This document shows positions 48,407 to 56,936 of a DNA stretch of 62,070 nucleotides, in pieces. The translations under genes were made by a program, and so were the position numbers. The DNA is from an uncultured Acidimicrobiaceae bacterium (lineage in GTDB: Bacteria; Actinomycetota; Acidimicrobiia; Spongiisociales; UBA5794), in the NCBI GenBank assembly GCA_964347305.1, contig CAYFYC010000006.1:1-62070 (forward strand), read 5' to 3'. Position 1 is the first letter of the stretch. Each line of letters starts with the position of its first letter. The notes under the pieces are model-generated. The model did not search any database, was not told the DNA's origin, and saw only the letters and a list, made by a program, of their open reading frames with translations.

Positions 48407-49833
48407 GCGTGTTCAAGCAATACATCGGCGGAAGCTGGGTCGATGCCGCAGACGGCGGCACCTGGGATCTCCTGGACCCGGCGACCGAGAAGAGCCTCGG
48501 GCTCATGCCGTTCGGTGGTGCGGCAGACGCCACGGCCGCCATCGACGCCGCCGAAGAGGCCCGCGAGGCGTGGGCCGCGATGAACCCCTACCGCCGCGCC
48601 CGCCATCTCCTGGATGCCGCCGCCATCGCCGCCTCCCGGCGCGACGAATGCGCCCGCATCACCACCGAGGAGTCGGGCAAGCCGCTCGCCCAGGCCTCTG
48701 GAGAGTGGACGACGTTCGACTCGTTCGTCACGTTCATGGCGGAAGAGGCGAAGCGGGTGGGAGGCCGGATCATCCCCTCGAGCCGCCCGGGACGCCGCAC
48801 CGACGTGACCTACATGCCCATCGGCACCGTCGGGATCATCACGGCATGGAACTTCCCCGTCTACAACCCCATCCGGGCGGCGGCAGCCGCCATGGCAGCC
48901 GGCAACCCCGTGGTGGTGCGCCCCTCCGAGCACACGCCACGCTCGGCGATGCTGATGGCCGAGTTCTTCGAAGAGGCGGGTCTGCCGGCCGGTGTCTTCA
49001 ACGTCATCAACGGGGACCCGGAGGCCATGGGCCAGGTCATGCTCGACGATCGCCGTGTCCGCAAGATCCAGTTCACCGGATCCGTCCGCGTCGGCAAGCT
49101 CCTGCTCGACGGTGCGTCCCGCACCATGACCCGCCTGTCGCTGGAGCTCGGGGGCAACGCACCCGTCCTCGTCTTCCCCGACGCCGACATCGAGGCCGTC
49201 GCCGCCTCGGGAGTGGTCTCGAAGTACCGCAACGGTGGCCAGGTGTGCGTCGCCCCGCAACGGTTCTACGTCCACGAGTCGGTCATGCGCGACTTCTCCG
49301 AGGCCGCCACCGCCGCTGCTGAGCGACAGGTCGTGGGTCACGGCCTCGATCCCGACACGACGATCGGACCGATGATCAACGCGGCCCAGCGAGATCGGGT
49401 CCATCGCATCGTCGAGGAGACGGTCGGAGCAGGCGCCCGGGTGCTCACCGGGGGCAGACCGATGAAGGGTCCCGGCTACTTCTATCACCCGACCGTGCTC
49501 GCCGACGCCCCGGCAGGGAGCCCCGTGCTCACCGAGGAGATCTTCGGTCCCGTGCTGCCGATCGTGCCGTTCGACGACGTCGATGCCGCCGTGCACCAGG
49601 CCAACTCGGTCGAAGTCGGTCTCGCCGCGTACGTCTGGACCCAGCACCTCGACACCGCCATCAAGGTCTCGGATGCCCTCGACTTCGGTCTGGTCGGTGT
49701 CAACGACTGGAACCCGCAGTCCACCGAGGCTCCGTTCGGTGGCATGCGCCAGTCCGGGCTGGGTCGCGAGGCGGGCCAGGAAGGTCTGCTCGAGTACCTC
49801 GAGCCGAAGACGAGAGTGTTCGGCGTGTCGTGA
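48403..49833 (+). CDS. NAD(P)-dependent aldehyde dehydrogenase (succinate-semialdehyde/aminobutyraldehyde DH-like)
   Basis: FTGSVRVG, LELGGNAP, and catalytic Cys in NGGQVCVAPQR. AGGAGG at 48398-48403 favours the GTG at 48409 as the actual start. Confidence 0.9.
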   Translation: MSVFKQYIGGSWVDAADGGTWDLLDPATEKSLGLMPFGGAADATAAIDAAEEAREAWAAMNPYRRARHLLDAAAIAASRRDECARITTEESGKPLAQASGEWTTFDSFVTFMAEEAKRVGGRIIPSSRPGRRTDVTYMPIGTVGIITAWNFPVYNPIRAAAAAMAAGNPVVVRPSEHTPRSAMLMAEFFEEAGLPAGVFNVINGDPEAMGQVMLDDRRVRKIQFTGSVRVGKLLLDGASRTMTRLSLELGGNAPVLVFPDADIEAVAASGVVSKYRNGGQVCVAPQRFYVHESVMRDFSEAATAAAERQVVGHGLDPDTTIGPMINAAQRDRVHRIVEETVGAGARVLTGGRPMKGPGYFYHPTVLADAPAGSPVLTEEIFGPVLPIVPFDDVDAAVHQANSVEVGLAAYVWTQHLDTAIKVSDALDFGLVGVNDWNPQSTEAPFGGMRQSGLGREAGQEGLLEYLEPKTRVFGVS

Positions 49834-49839
49834 CGCGTC

Positions 49840-49868
49840 GGGAGCCCGAGCGCTCGGCCCGGGCTCCC
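49840..49868. terminator. Bidirectional stem-loop between the two convergent operons
   Basis: GGGAGCCCG at 49840-49848 is perfectly complementary to CGGGCTCCC at 49860-49868 (9-bp G/C-rich stem). It sits 6 nt after the dehydrogenase stop and 17 nt before the potD stop. No U-tract is present. Confidence 0.55.
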
Positions 49869-49885
49869 ATGACGTCGATCGTCGG

Positions 49886-50974
49886 CTAGCTCTTGGCGCG
49901 AGCCAGTTCGTCCGTGAAGTTGATCTCGTAGTCGCCGGTGTCCTCGATCACCTCGAGTCCCTCGGCCGAATCCGTGCCGGCGTAGAAGTCCACAACGTCC
50001 TGCTCGATCAGGCCCGCATCGAGAGCGGCGCCGTTCGGCGTGCCGTAGTAGTTCCAGTTGGTGAGGGCCGCCCCGTTCTCGGCGTCCAGCAGGAAGTCGA
50101 TGAACGTGTGTGCGGTGCACGGTGACTCGGCGTTGGTCGGGATCGTCATGTTGTCGATCCACAGCGTGGCGCCCTCCTTGGGCAGCACGTACTCGTAGTT
50201 GTCCGGATCATCGGAGTCGCCGATGGCGACGATCATGTTCCCCGAGTAGCCGTGGGCGACTGCGACCTCGCCGGCCACGAGTGCTTCGTCGTACTGGTCG
50301 GAGTCGAAGGTGGCGATGCCCGACTTGGCGTCGGCGATGAGATCGGCCGCCTCACGAAGGTTGTCGATGTTGGTGTCGTTGAGCGAGTACCCCAGATACT
50401 TGAGCGCAGCACCCATCGTTTCGCGCGGGTCGTTCAGCACCGACACACCACCGGCGAAGCCGGACGTGAGGTTTGGATCGAAGATGAGCGCCCAGCTCGG
50501 CTCGAAGTCCTCGCCGACGATCGCCTTGTTCACACCGAGACCCGTCGTCCCGTACTGATACGCCACCGAGTAGGCACCCTCCGGGTCATACGGGAGTCCC
50601 TGGAAGTCCTCAGCCAGGTTCGAGTAGTTCGGGATGGCGTCCTTGTTCAGCTCGACCAGCAGACCCTCGTCGATCATGATCCCGACCATGTAATCGGAAG
50701 GCACGATGAGGTCGTAAGAGACGCCGGAGTTGATCTGCGAGAGCATCGCCTCGTTCGACTCGTAGAACGACTCGACGACGTCGACATCGTATTGCTCCTC
50801 GAAGGCGGTGATCAGCTCGGGGTCGATGTACTCCGACCAGTTGTAGAAGTTGAGATCGCCATCGGTGCCACCGACCTCGCAGTCGGCCGCGCTGACCGCA
50901 TCGTCGCCGCCACACGCCGCCGCCACGAGGGCGAGCGCCGCGAGCAACAACAGCGGCTTTCGTAGGTTCTTCAT
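49886..50974 (-). CDS. potD: Spermidine/putrescine ABC transporter substrate-binding lipoprotein
   Basis: Lipobox LVAAACGG, LNFYNWSEYIDPELI, PSDYMV, typical PotD/PotF. AGGAGGA lies upstream of ATG 50974. Confidence 0.9.
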   Translation of the reverse strand: MKNLRKPLLLLAALALVAAACGGDDAVSAADCEVGGTDGDLNFYNWSEYIDPELITAFEEQYDVDVVESFYESNEAMLSQINSGVSYDLIVPSDYMVGIMIDEGLLVELNKDAIPNYSNLAEDFQGLPYDPEGAYSVAYQYGTTGLGVNKAIVGEDFEPSWALIFDPNLTSGFAGGVSVLNDPRETMGAALKYLGYSLNDTNIDNLREAADLIADAKSGIATFDSDQYDEALVAGEVAVAHGYSGNMIVAIGDSDDPDNYEYVLPKEGATLWIDNMTIPTNAESPCTAHTFIDFLLDAENGAALTNWNYYGTPNGAALDAGLIEQDVVDFYAGTDSAEGLEVIEDTGDYEINFTDELARAKS

Positions 50975-51831
50975 GCCGTTTCCTCCTGTGTGGTTGTCGT
51001 AGCCCTGGCGTCTCGCTGCAGGAACAGCGAGATCACCACGAGCACCATCGACACCGTCAGCATCACCGTACTGACTGCGTTGATGAGTGGTGTGACCCCT
51101 CGTCGAACGAGACCGAAGACATAGACCGGGAGGGTCGTCGAGCCCGGCCCTGCCACGAAACTGGTGACGACGACGTCGTCGAGCGACAGCGTGAGCGCCA
51201 GCAAGGCGCCGCCGGCGACGCCCGGGGCGATCAGCGGCAGGGTGACGTAGCGGAACGCCTGCCAGCGATTCGCATAGAGATCCGCCGCGGCCTCTTCGAG
51301 CGACGGATCGAGCTGACTGAGCCGCGCTCTGACCACGACGGCGACGAACGAGATGTTGAACGCCATGTGGCTGAGGGAGATCGTGCCGATTCCGAAGTTG
51401 GGGCTGGTGCCGATGATCGCATCGATGATGCTGAAGCTCTGGGCGAAGAAGAGCAGCATCATCACGGCCATCGTCACATCGGGGATGATGATGGGGAGAT
51501 ACACGAGGCCGTCGTAGACACGCTGACCGCGGAATCTGAAGCGCTCGAGCGAGAGCGCCGTGGCGGTCCCGAGGATCGTGGCGAAGACCGTCGAGATCCC
51601 GGCCACGATCAGCGAGTTCGACAGCGCACGCATCACGTCGTCGTTGCGGAACATCTCGCCGTACCAGCGCGTCGACGCCCCGGTCCAGATGCCGACGTTG
51701 TTGTTCTCGTTGAAGGACAGGACGATGAGCAGCACGATCGGTGCGTAGAAGAAGGCGTAGACCAGCCAGGAGTTCGCTGCCAGCAGCCGCTCCACGGGGC
51801 TCTTGGGTCGAACGCCTGCCGAGACGGTCAC
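50971..51831 (-). CDS. potC: Spermidine/putrescine ABC transporter permease
   Basis: EAA loop EEAAADLYANRWQAFRYVTLPLIAPG. GTG 51831 overlaps the potB stop. Confidence 0.85.
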   Translation of the reverse strand: MTVSAGVRPKSPVERLLAANSWLVYAFFYAPIVLLIVLSFNENNNVGIWTGASTRWYGEMFRNDDVMRALSNSLIVAGISTVFATILGTATALSLERFRFRGQRVYDGLVYLPIIIPDVTMAVMMLLFFAQSFSIIDAIIGTSPNFGIGTISLSHMAFNISFVAVVVRARLSQLDPSLEEAAADLYANRWQAFRYVTLPLIAPGVAGGALLALTLSLDDVVVTSFVAGPGSTTLPVYVFGLVRRGVTPLINAVSTVMLTVSMVLVVISLFLQRDARATTTTQEETA

Positions 51832-52724
51832 AGGTTCCTCGCTCCCGCTCTGAAGTACACGATGACCGCACCGAGCATCACCGTCATGACCGCAACCGAG
51901 AGCGCCGACCCGAACGGCTGATTGCGCGCCGCCAGGAACTGGCTCACGATGTAGTCGCCGAGAAGCGTCGTCCGCGCCCCTCCCAGCAGCGCCGGCGTGA
52001 CGTACGCACCCAGCGAGGGGATGAAGACCAGGATCGACCCGGCGATGACCCCGGGGCGCGAGATGGGCCACGTGACCCGCCAGAACGCCTGCCAGCCCGA
52101 TGCGTAGAGATCGCGGGCAGCCTCGACGAGACTCCAGTCCATGCGCTCCAACGCCGCGTACAGCGGGAGCACCATGAACGGGAGGAAGCCGTACACGAGA
52201 CCGATGAGCACGGCATAGTTGGTGAAGAGCAAGCGGAAGGACTCACCTGTGAGAGCCTCGCTGAGCTGGCCGACAGGCCCTTCCGTGCCGAGGATGACGC
52301 GCCACGCATACGTGCGGACGAGGAAATTCGACCAGAACGGGATCAGGACGAGCACCACGAGCACGTTGCGGACACGCGGGCTCCGGGTGGCGATGTAATA
52401 CGCGAACGGATACGACACCAGCAGGCAGATCAGGGTCGTCGTCACCGCCAGCACCAGCGAACGCCAGGCGATCTCAGCGACGAGCGGGTCGAAGAGCCGG
52501 GCATAGCTGTCGAGGTTCCATCCCGTGAGCCGGGTCTGCCCCGTGGACGACCGGGTGGCGAACGAGTACACCAGGACGATCAGCAAGGGGACGGCGAAGA
52601 AGAACGTCAGGTAGATCCACGACGGCAATGCGATGAGCAGCCCGCGGCGCGACTCACTGCGCTCGGCGTCGGCTTCGAGCCCGGCGGTCTCGGTGACGAC
52701 CGGACGCTCGTCGGTCGTCGTCAT
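51828..52724 (-). CDS. potB: Spermidine/putrescine ABC transporter permease
   Basis: EAA loop VEAARDLYASGWQAFWRVTWPISRPG. ATG 52724 overlaps the potA stop (ATGA). Confidence 0.85.
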   Translation of the reverse strand: MTTTDERPVVTETAGLEADAERSESRRGLLIALPSWIYLTFFFAVPLLIVLVYSFATRSSTGQTRLTGWNLDSYARLFDPLVAEIAWRSLVLAVTTTLICLLVSYPFAYYIATRSPRVRNVLVVLVLIPFWSNFLVRTYAWRVILGTEGPVGQLSEALTGESFRLLFTNYAVLIGLVYGFLPFMVLPLYAALERMDWSLVEAARDLYASGWQAFWRVTWPISRPGVIAGSILVFIPSLGAYVTPALLGGARTTLLGDYIVSQFLAARNQPFGSALSVAVMTVMLGAVIVYFRAGARNL

Positions 52725-53785
52725 TCCTGGATCACCGTGGCGGCGGACGGATCCCACGCGACGTGAGCCTGGCCACCCACCTCGTGAGGCCGCAGTGACG
52801 GACGGTTCTCCTCCTTGACCTCGATGACACCGCCGGGGGTGTCGACGTCGTAGAAGTAGACATCGCCGTGGTACATGCGACGGATGATCGTGCCCTGGAT
52901 CGAGTTTCGCCCGGAGCCGATGGCGTCGGCGCTCTCGTGGAGCGAGAACCGCTCGGGCCGTATGGCGACCGTGACCTCGCTCCCGACGGCGAGGTCGGAG
53001 GCCGCATCGAGGAGCTGCCCGTCGAAGAGCTTGACGGAGCGGTGGTCGACGACCGTCGCCTGCAGCAGATTGATCTCCCCGATGAAATCGGCGACGAACC
53101 GCGACGCGGGGTGCTCATAGATGTCGGCTGGCTCTCCCACTTGGAGGAGGCGGCCCTCGTTCATGACACCGATGCGATCGCTCATCGTGAGCGCCTCTTC
53201 CTGGTCGTGGGTCACGTAGATGAAGGTGATCCCCACTCGCTGCTGGAGGTCCTTGAGCTCCACCTGCATGGCCTGTCGAAGCTTCAGATCGAGTGCACCG
53301 AGCGGCTCGTCGAGCAGCAGCACCTCTGGCTCGTTGACGAGCGCCCTGGCGAGCGCGACCCGCTGCTGCTGGCCACCAGACAGCTGCTTCGGGGAGGCAC
53401 CGGCCCGATGAGCGAGCTGCACCATGTCGAGCGTCCGCTTCACCCGCTCGGCGATCTCGGCCCCCGGCACGTTCTGCATACGGAGGCCGAAGCCGACATT
53501 CTCTTCGATCGTCATGTGGGGGAACAGGGCGTAGGACTGGAAGACCGTGTTCACCGGGCGCTCGTTCGCCGGCTTGAGGCGCACCTCCTCACCATGGATC
53601 TCGAGACTGCCTTCGGTGGGGAACTCGAACCCCGCGATCATGCGCAGCGTGGTGGTCTTGCCACATCCACTCGGTCCCAGCAGCGAGAAGAACTCACCGT
53701 CACGAATGGCGAGGTCGAGGGAGTCGACGGCAACCACGTCGCCAAAGCGCTTCGTGACCCCACGGAGCCGCACGGAGTCACTCAT
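52721..53785 (-). CDS. potA: Spermidine/putrescine import ATP-binding protein
   Basis: GPSGCGKTT, LSGGQQQRVALARAL, LLLDEPLGALD, and a C-terminal TOBE-like domain. Confidence 0.9.
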   Translation of the reverse strand: MSDSVRLRGVTKRFGDVVAVDSLDLAIRDGEFFSLLGPSGCGKTTTLRMIAGFEFPTEGSLEIHGEEVRLKPANERPVNTVFQSYALFPHMTIEENVGFGLRMQNVPGAEIAERVKRTLDMVQLAHRAGASPKQLSGGQQQRVALARALVNEPEVLLLDEPLGALDLKLRQAMQVELKDLQQRVGITFIYVTHDQEEALTMSDRIGVMNEGRLLQVGEPADIYEHPASRFVADFIGEINLLQATVVDHRSVKLFDGQLLDAASDLAVGSEVTVAIRPERFSLHESADAIGSGRNSIQGTIIRRMYHGDVYFYDVDTPGGVIEVKEENRPSLRPHEVGGQAHVAWDPSAATVIQE

Positions 53786-54407
53786 CGGCCAGCTCAGGGT
53801 TCGTCCAGACGATGAGCGCAGCCCACCCGTCGTTCTGCTCGTCCTCCAGGTAGTTCTCGAGAACCCCGCGCACTTCGAATCCGTTCTCCAGCTGGAACGT
53901 CAACGTCCGGTCGTACAGATCCCCTGCCGCGACGGCGGCACAGTACTCCGCCGCAGTCATCTCGTGCTTGTGGTCTCCGTACGCAGCGAGGTAGCCGCCT
54001 GCGATGATGCCCCGCTTGCCCCGATCGCGCACGAGCTGCTTGCGGAGTTCGTAGAGGCGCCCGCCGATGCCGCGCCGCCGGTACTCCCGATCCACCACGA
54101 TGTCGGTGCCGTAGTACCAGTCGCCGTCGGGATCGTGGTTGCCGCACTGGTGCTCGCCGGTGATCTCCACGATGGTGTGCTGGGGGTGGTCGAAGTCGAA
54201 GTCCAGGAGGATCCCGGCTCCTTGCCCGACGACCCTGTCTTCGTCGAGCGCCACGAAGAAGCCCTCGGGAAAGACCTCGGCGTACTTGGCGACGTCCGGC
54301 TCCGTCAACAGCTCCTCGGGCTCGGCGGTGGGGAACGCGGCCGCCTCGAGGGCGGCACATGCGGCCACGAGATCGGGCGTCAGGTTCACGTACCGGATCT
54401 CGCTCAC
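53778..54407 (-). CDS. GNAT family N-acetyltransferase (paralog 2)
   Basis: YRRRGIGGRLYELR, DFDFDHPQH, HKHEMTAAEY, TLTFQLENGFEVRG. GTG 54407 is preceded by GGAGGA and overlaps the upstream stop. Its 3' end overlaps the potA start by 8 nt. Confidence 0.75.
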   Translation of the reverse strand: MSEIRYVNLTPDLVAACAALEAAAFPTAEPEELLTEPDVAKYAEVFPEGFFVALDEDRVVGQGAGILLDFDFDHPQHTIVEITGEHQCGNHDPDGDWYYGTDIVVDREYRRRGIGGRLYELRKQLVRDRGKRGIIAGGYLAAYGDHKHEMTAAEYCAAVAAGDLYDRTLTFQLENGFEVRGVLENYLEDEQNDGWAALIVWTNPELADE

Positions 54408-55477
54408 GCTCGTCCTCCGACGACGTGGTGCTCGTAGTCGTTCTCCGAGGGAAGCCCCCAGCAGGCCCAGAAGTCGCCCGTCGCGGGGCGCATGATCGCG
54501 GCGCCGCACGTGGCGTAATCGAAAGGCGGCTCGGGGTGGCGACAGATCGAGCGCTCGTCCCTGGTCATTGCGGCCAGGGTCTCGTAGGAGATGGGACGGT
54601 CGGCGAGCAGCTCGTGCGCCTCGACCATCCGCCGCTTGGACGAGATGTCGAGCTCGACGGGTCTGACGTCTTCAACCGCCTGGGTGTGCGGGACCAGGCA
54701 GTGATTGGTGTGGATCAGCGGGGCGCCTTCTAGCGTCTCGACGTGAGTCCGACTGGGCAGCGCCTCGACGACGGCGCCCCTGCCCTCGTCGTCGAAGAGG
54801 AGGAAGCTGTGGCCGCCGGCGAGCCGGGCGCCTGTGATGGCCTCGAGGGCATCGTCGAAACGGGTCTGGGCGAGCACCTTGCGAACCACGAATGGCCACG
54901 TCACCCCGATGGTGCCGTCCGCCACGGTGAGGTTGTTGATCCCGACAGCGATGCCTGCCTCGTTCATCCCGATCTGGCCCAGCGTCCCGACCGTGGTGAA
55001 CACGAGGGCGGCAGGACCGTCGTCGGGTGCGATGTCGAACAGAACGACGTGGGGAGTCGCACTGGCGTTCATGTCCCAGGTCTGCGCCAGGAAGCCTGCT
55101 CCACCCGCGAGCGCATCGGGCACGATCACCGACGTGCAGTTGTTCTCGACGGGCGCGGCTCCTGCAACGGCGCGCACCGTGTCGAGGAAGTCGGTGTAGC
55201 CGCCGACGATGACGGCCTCGCCGGGCGAGAGCCCGGCTGCGGATGCCATGGCGAGCATCTCGGCGTGCAGTCGAGGGTCGTACTCCTCGTGGGCGGGGAG
55301 CATCGACGTGGCGAGGGCCACGAGATCGTCCCGGGTGAGCGACGTGCCTTCGGCCGAGAGGGCGATACGACCCTCGGTGTAGGCCCGGATCTCCTCTGCG
55401 TAGGTCGCGCCGTGGCGATCCCCCATCGCCTCGGGTGTTCCCTCCAGCCGAGTGACCCGGATCGGTCCCAGGGTCAT
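54404..55477 (-). CDS. Peptidase C45 / acyl-CoA:6-APA acyltransferase-like Ntn hydrolase
   Basis: Candidate N-terminal nucleophile context VENNCTSVIV, followed by FLAQTWD, consistent with the C45/AAT family as I remember it. ATGA overlap with gabT. Confidence 0.6.
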   Translation of the reverse strand: MTLGPIRVTRLEGTPEAMGDRHGATYAEEIRAYTEGRIALSAEGTSLTRDDLVALATSMLPAHEEYDPRLHAEMLAMASAAGLSPGEAVIVGGYTDFLDTVRAVAGAAPVENNCTSVIVPDALAGGAGFLAQTWDMNASATPHVVLFDIAPDDGPAALVFTTVGTLGQIGMNEAGIAVGINNLTVADGTIGVTWPFVVRKVLAQTRFDDALEAITGARLAGGHSFLLFDDEGRGAVVEALPSRTHVETLEGAPLIHTNHCLVPHTQAVEDVRPVELDISSKRRMVEAHELLADRPISYETLAAMTRDERSICRHPEPPFDYATCGAAIMRPATGDFWACWGLPSENDYEHHVVGGRA

Positions 55478-56826
55478 GACGGCCTCCCGGCGGTGACTCG
55501 ACCGACGGCTGCCTCGACCACGTCGAGCGCCTCGTCGAGAATCTCATCGGGGATGTCGAGCGCCGGCAGGAACCGCACGCAATTCGAATAGAGGCCGGCG
55601 CGGATGGCGATGACGCCGTGCGCCACGGTGTCTGCGGTGATGGCCGAGGCGCCGTCCATCCACGGTCGCTTGGATGCTGCGTCGGCAACGATCTCCATCA
55701 CGAGCATCGGTCCCAGGCCCCGGACGTCTCCGATCACATCGGGATGGGCCACCCTGATCTTCTCGAGGCGCTCTCGGAGTCTGACTCCGACCTCGATGGC
55801 CCGTCCCATGAAACCCGGTCCTGTGATGCGATCGAGGGCGGCCAGCGCCGCAACGCACGCCAGGGGGTTCCCCGAATAGGTGCCGCCGAGCCCACCGGGA
55901 TGGGGAGCGTCCATGATCTCGGCCCTGCCGGTGACCGCAGAGAGCGGCATCCCCGCGGCGAGCGACTTGGCGCTCGTGACGAGATCGGGCACCACTCCGC
56001 TGTGCTCGATGGCGTAGAGGGTGCCGGTGCGGCCCATGCCGGATTGGATCTCGTCGGCGACGAGCACGATGCCGTGGTCGTCACACAACTCGCGCAGCCT
56101 GGCCAGCCAGCGAAAGGGGGCGGGGATGAATCCGGCCTCGCCCTGCACCGGCTCGACGACGAGCGCCGCCACGTGCGACGGATCCACGATGGCGGTGAAA
56201 CAGTGATCCAGGTTCTTGATGGACCAGTTGACGAACTCCTCGGGATCGAGGCCCTCGGGCCGCCGGTAGATGTTGGGGAACGGGAAGCGATAGACCTCGG
56301 GGGCGAACGGCCCGAAGCCCTTCTTGAAGAGGTTGAACTTCGACGTCATGGACATCGTGAGGTTGGTCCGGCCGTGGTAGGCGCCGTCGAACACGACGAC
56401 TCCCTGACGACCGGTGTACGACCTGGCGATGTTGATCGCGGTCTCCACCGCTTCGGCACCCGAGTTCATGAGCACCGTCTTCTTGGCGAAGTCACCGGGT
56501 GTGACGTCGTTGAGTCGCTCGGCGAGTGCGACGTACGGCTCATACGACGAGACGATGGCGCACATGTGGATGAGGCGGGACGCCTGCTCGGTGATGGCGG
56601 CGACCACGTCGTCCGGTGTGTGGCCGACGGCGAGGACTCCGATGCCGCCCGCCAGATCGATGAGCGTGTTCCCATCGACGTCGGTGACCAGTGATCCGTG
56701 CGCCGAGTCGACGGCGATCTGCGTGAGCTTGGATGCCCCGGCAGGTGTCGCCGCCTCGCGCCGCGCCACGATCGCTCGGCTGCGCGGGCCGGGTACTTCG
56801 GTGACCAGCCTCACGGCTCCTGACAC
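55474..56826 (-). CDS. gabT: 4-aminobutyrate aminotransferase (class III PLP aminotransferase)
   Basis: NSGAEAVE, DEIQSGMGRTG, and PLP Lys in TSAKSLAAG. GAGGAGG lies upstream of GTG 56826. Confidence 0.85.
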   Translation of the reverse strand: MSGAVRLVTEVPGPRSRAIVARREAATPAGASKLTQIAVDSAHGSLVTDVDGNTLIDLAGGIGVLAVGHTPDDVVAAITEQASRLIHMCAIVSSYEPYVALAERLNDVTPGDFAKKTVLMNSGAEAVETAINIARSYTGRQGVVVFDGAYHGRTNLTMSMTSKFNLFKKGFGPFAPEVYRFPFPNIYRRPEGLDPEEFVNWSIKNLDHCFTAIVDPSHVAALVVEPVQGEAGFIPAPFRWLARLRELCDDHGIVLVADEIQSGMGRTGTLYAIEHSGVVPDLVTSAKSLAAGMPLSAVTGRAEIMDAPHPGGLGGTYSGNPLACVAALAALDRITGPGFMGRAIEVGVRLRERLEKIRVAHPDVIGDVRGLGPMLVMEIVADAASKRPWMDGASAITADTVAHGVIAIRAGLYSNCVRFLPALDIPDEILDEALDVVEAAVGRVTAGRPS

Positions 56827-56936
56827 GCCAGCCTCCTCACCAACGAGATGTCAGGCCGGATTATTGCCGAAACGCCAGGTCGCCACACGAGGACGAGGTG
56901 CTTTTCCCGTCGCGATCGGATGGACCGGGCCGCGCC

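Noticed and set aside
45354-49647. Antisense ORFs of 409-434 aa opposite the FAD oxidoreductase, amidohydrolase and aldehyde dehydrogenase
   Set aside because: Same shadow-ORF reasoning. The plus-strand genes have dinucleotide-fold, HxH and catalytic-Cys motifs and are linked by start-stop overlaps.
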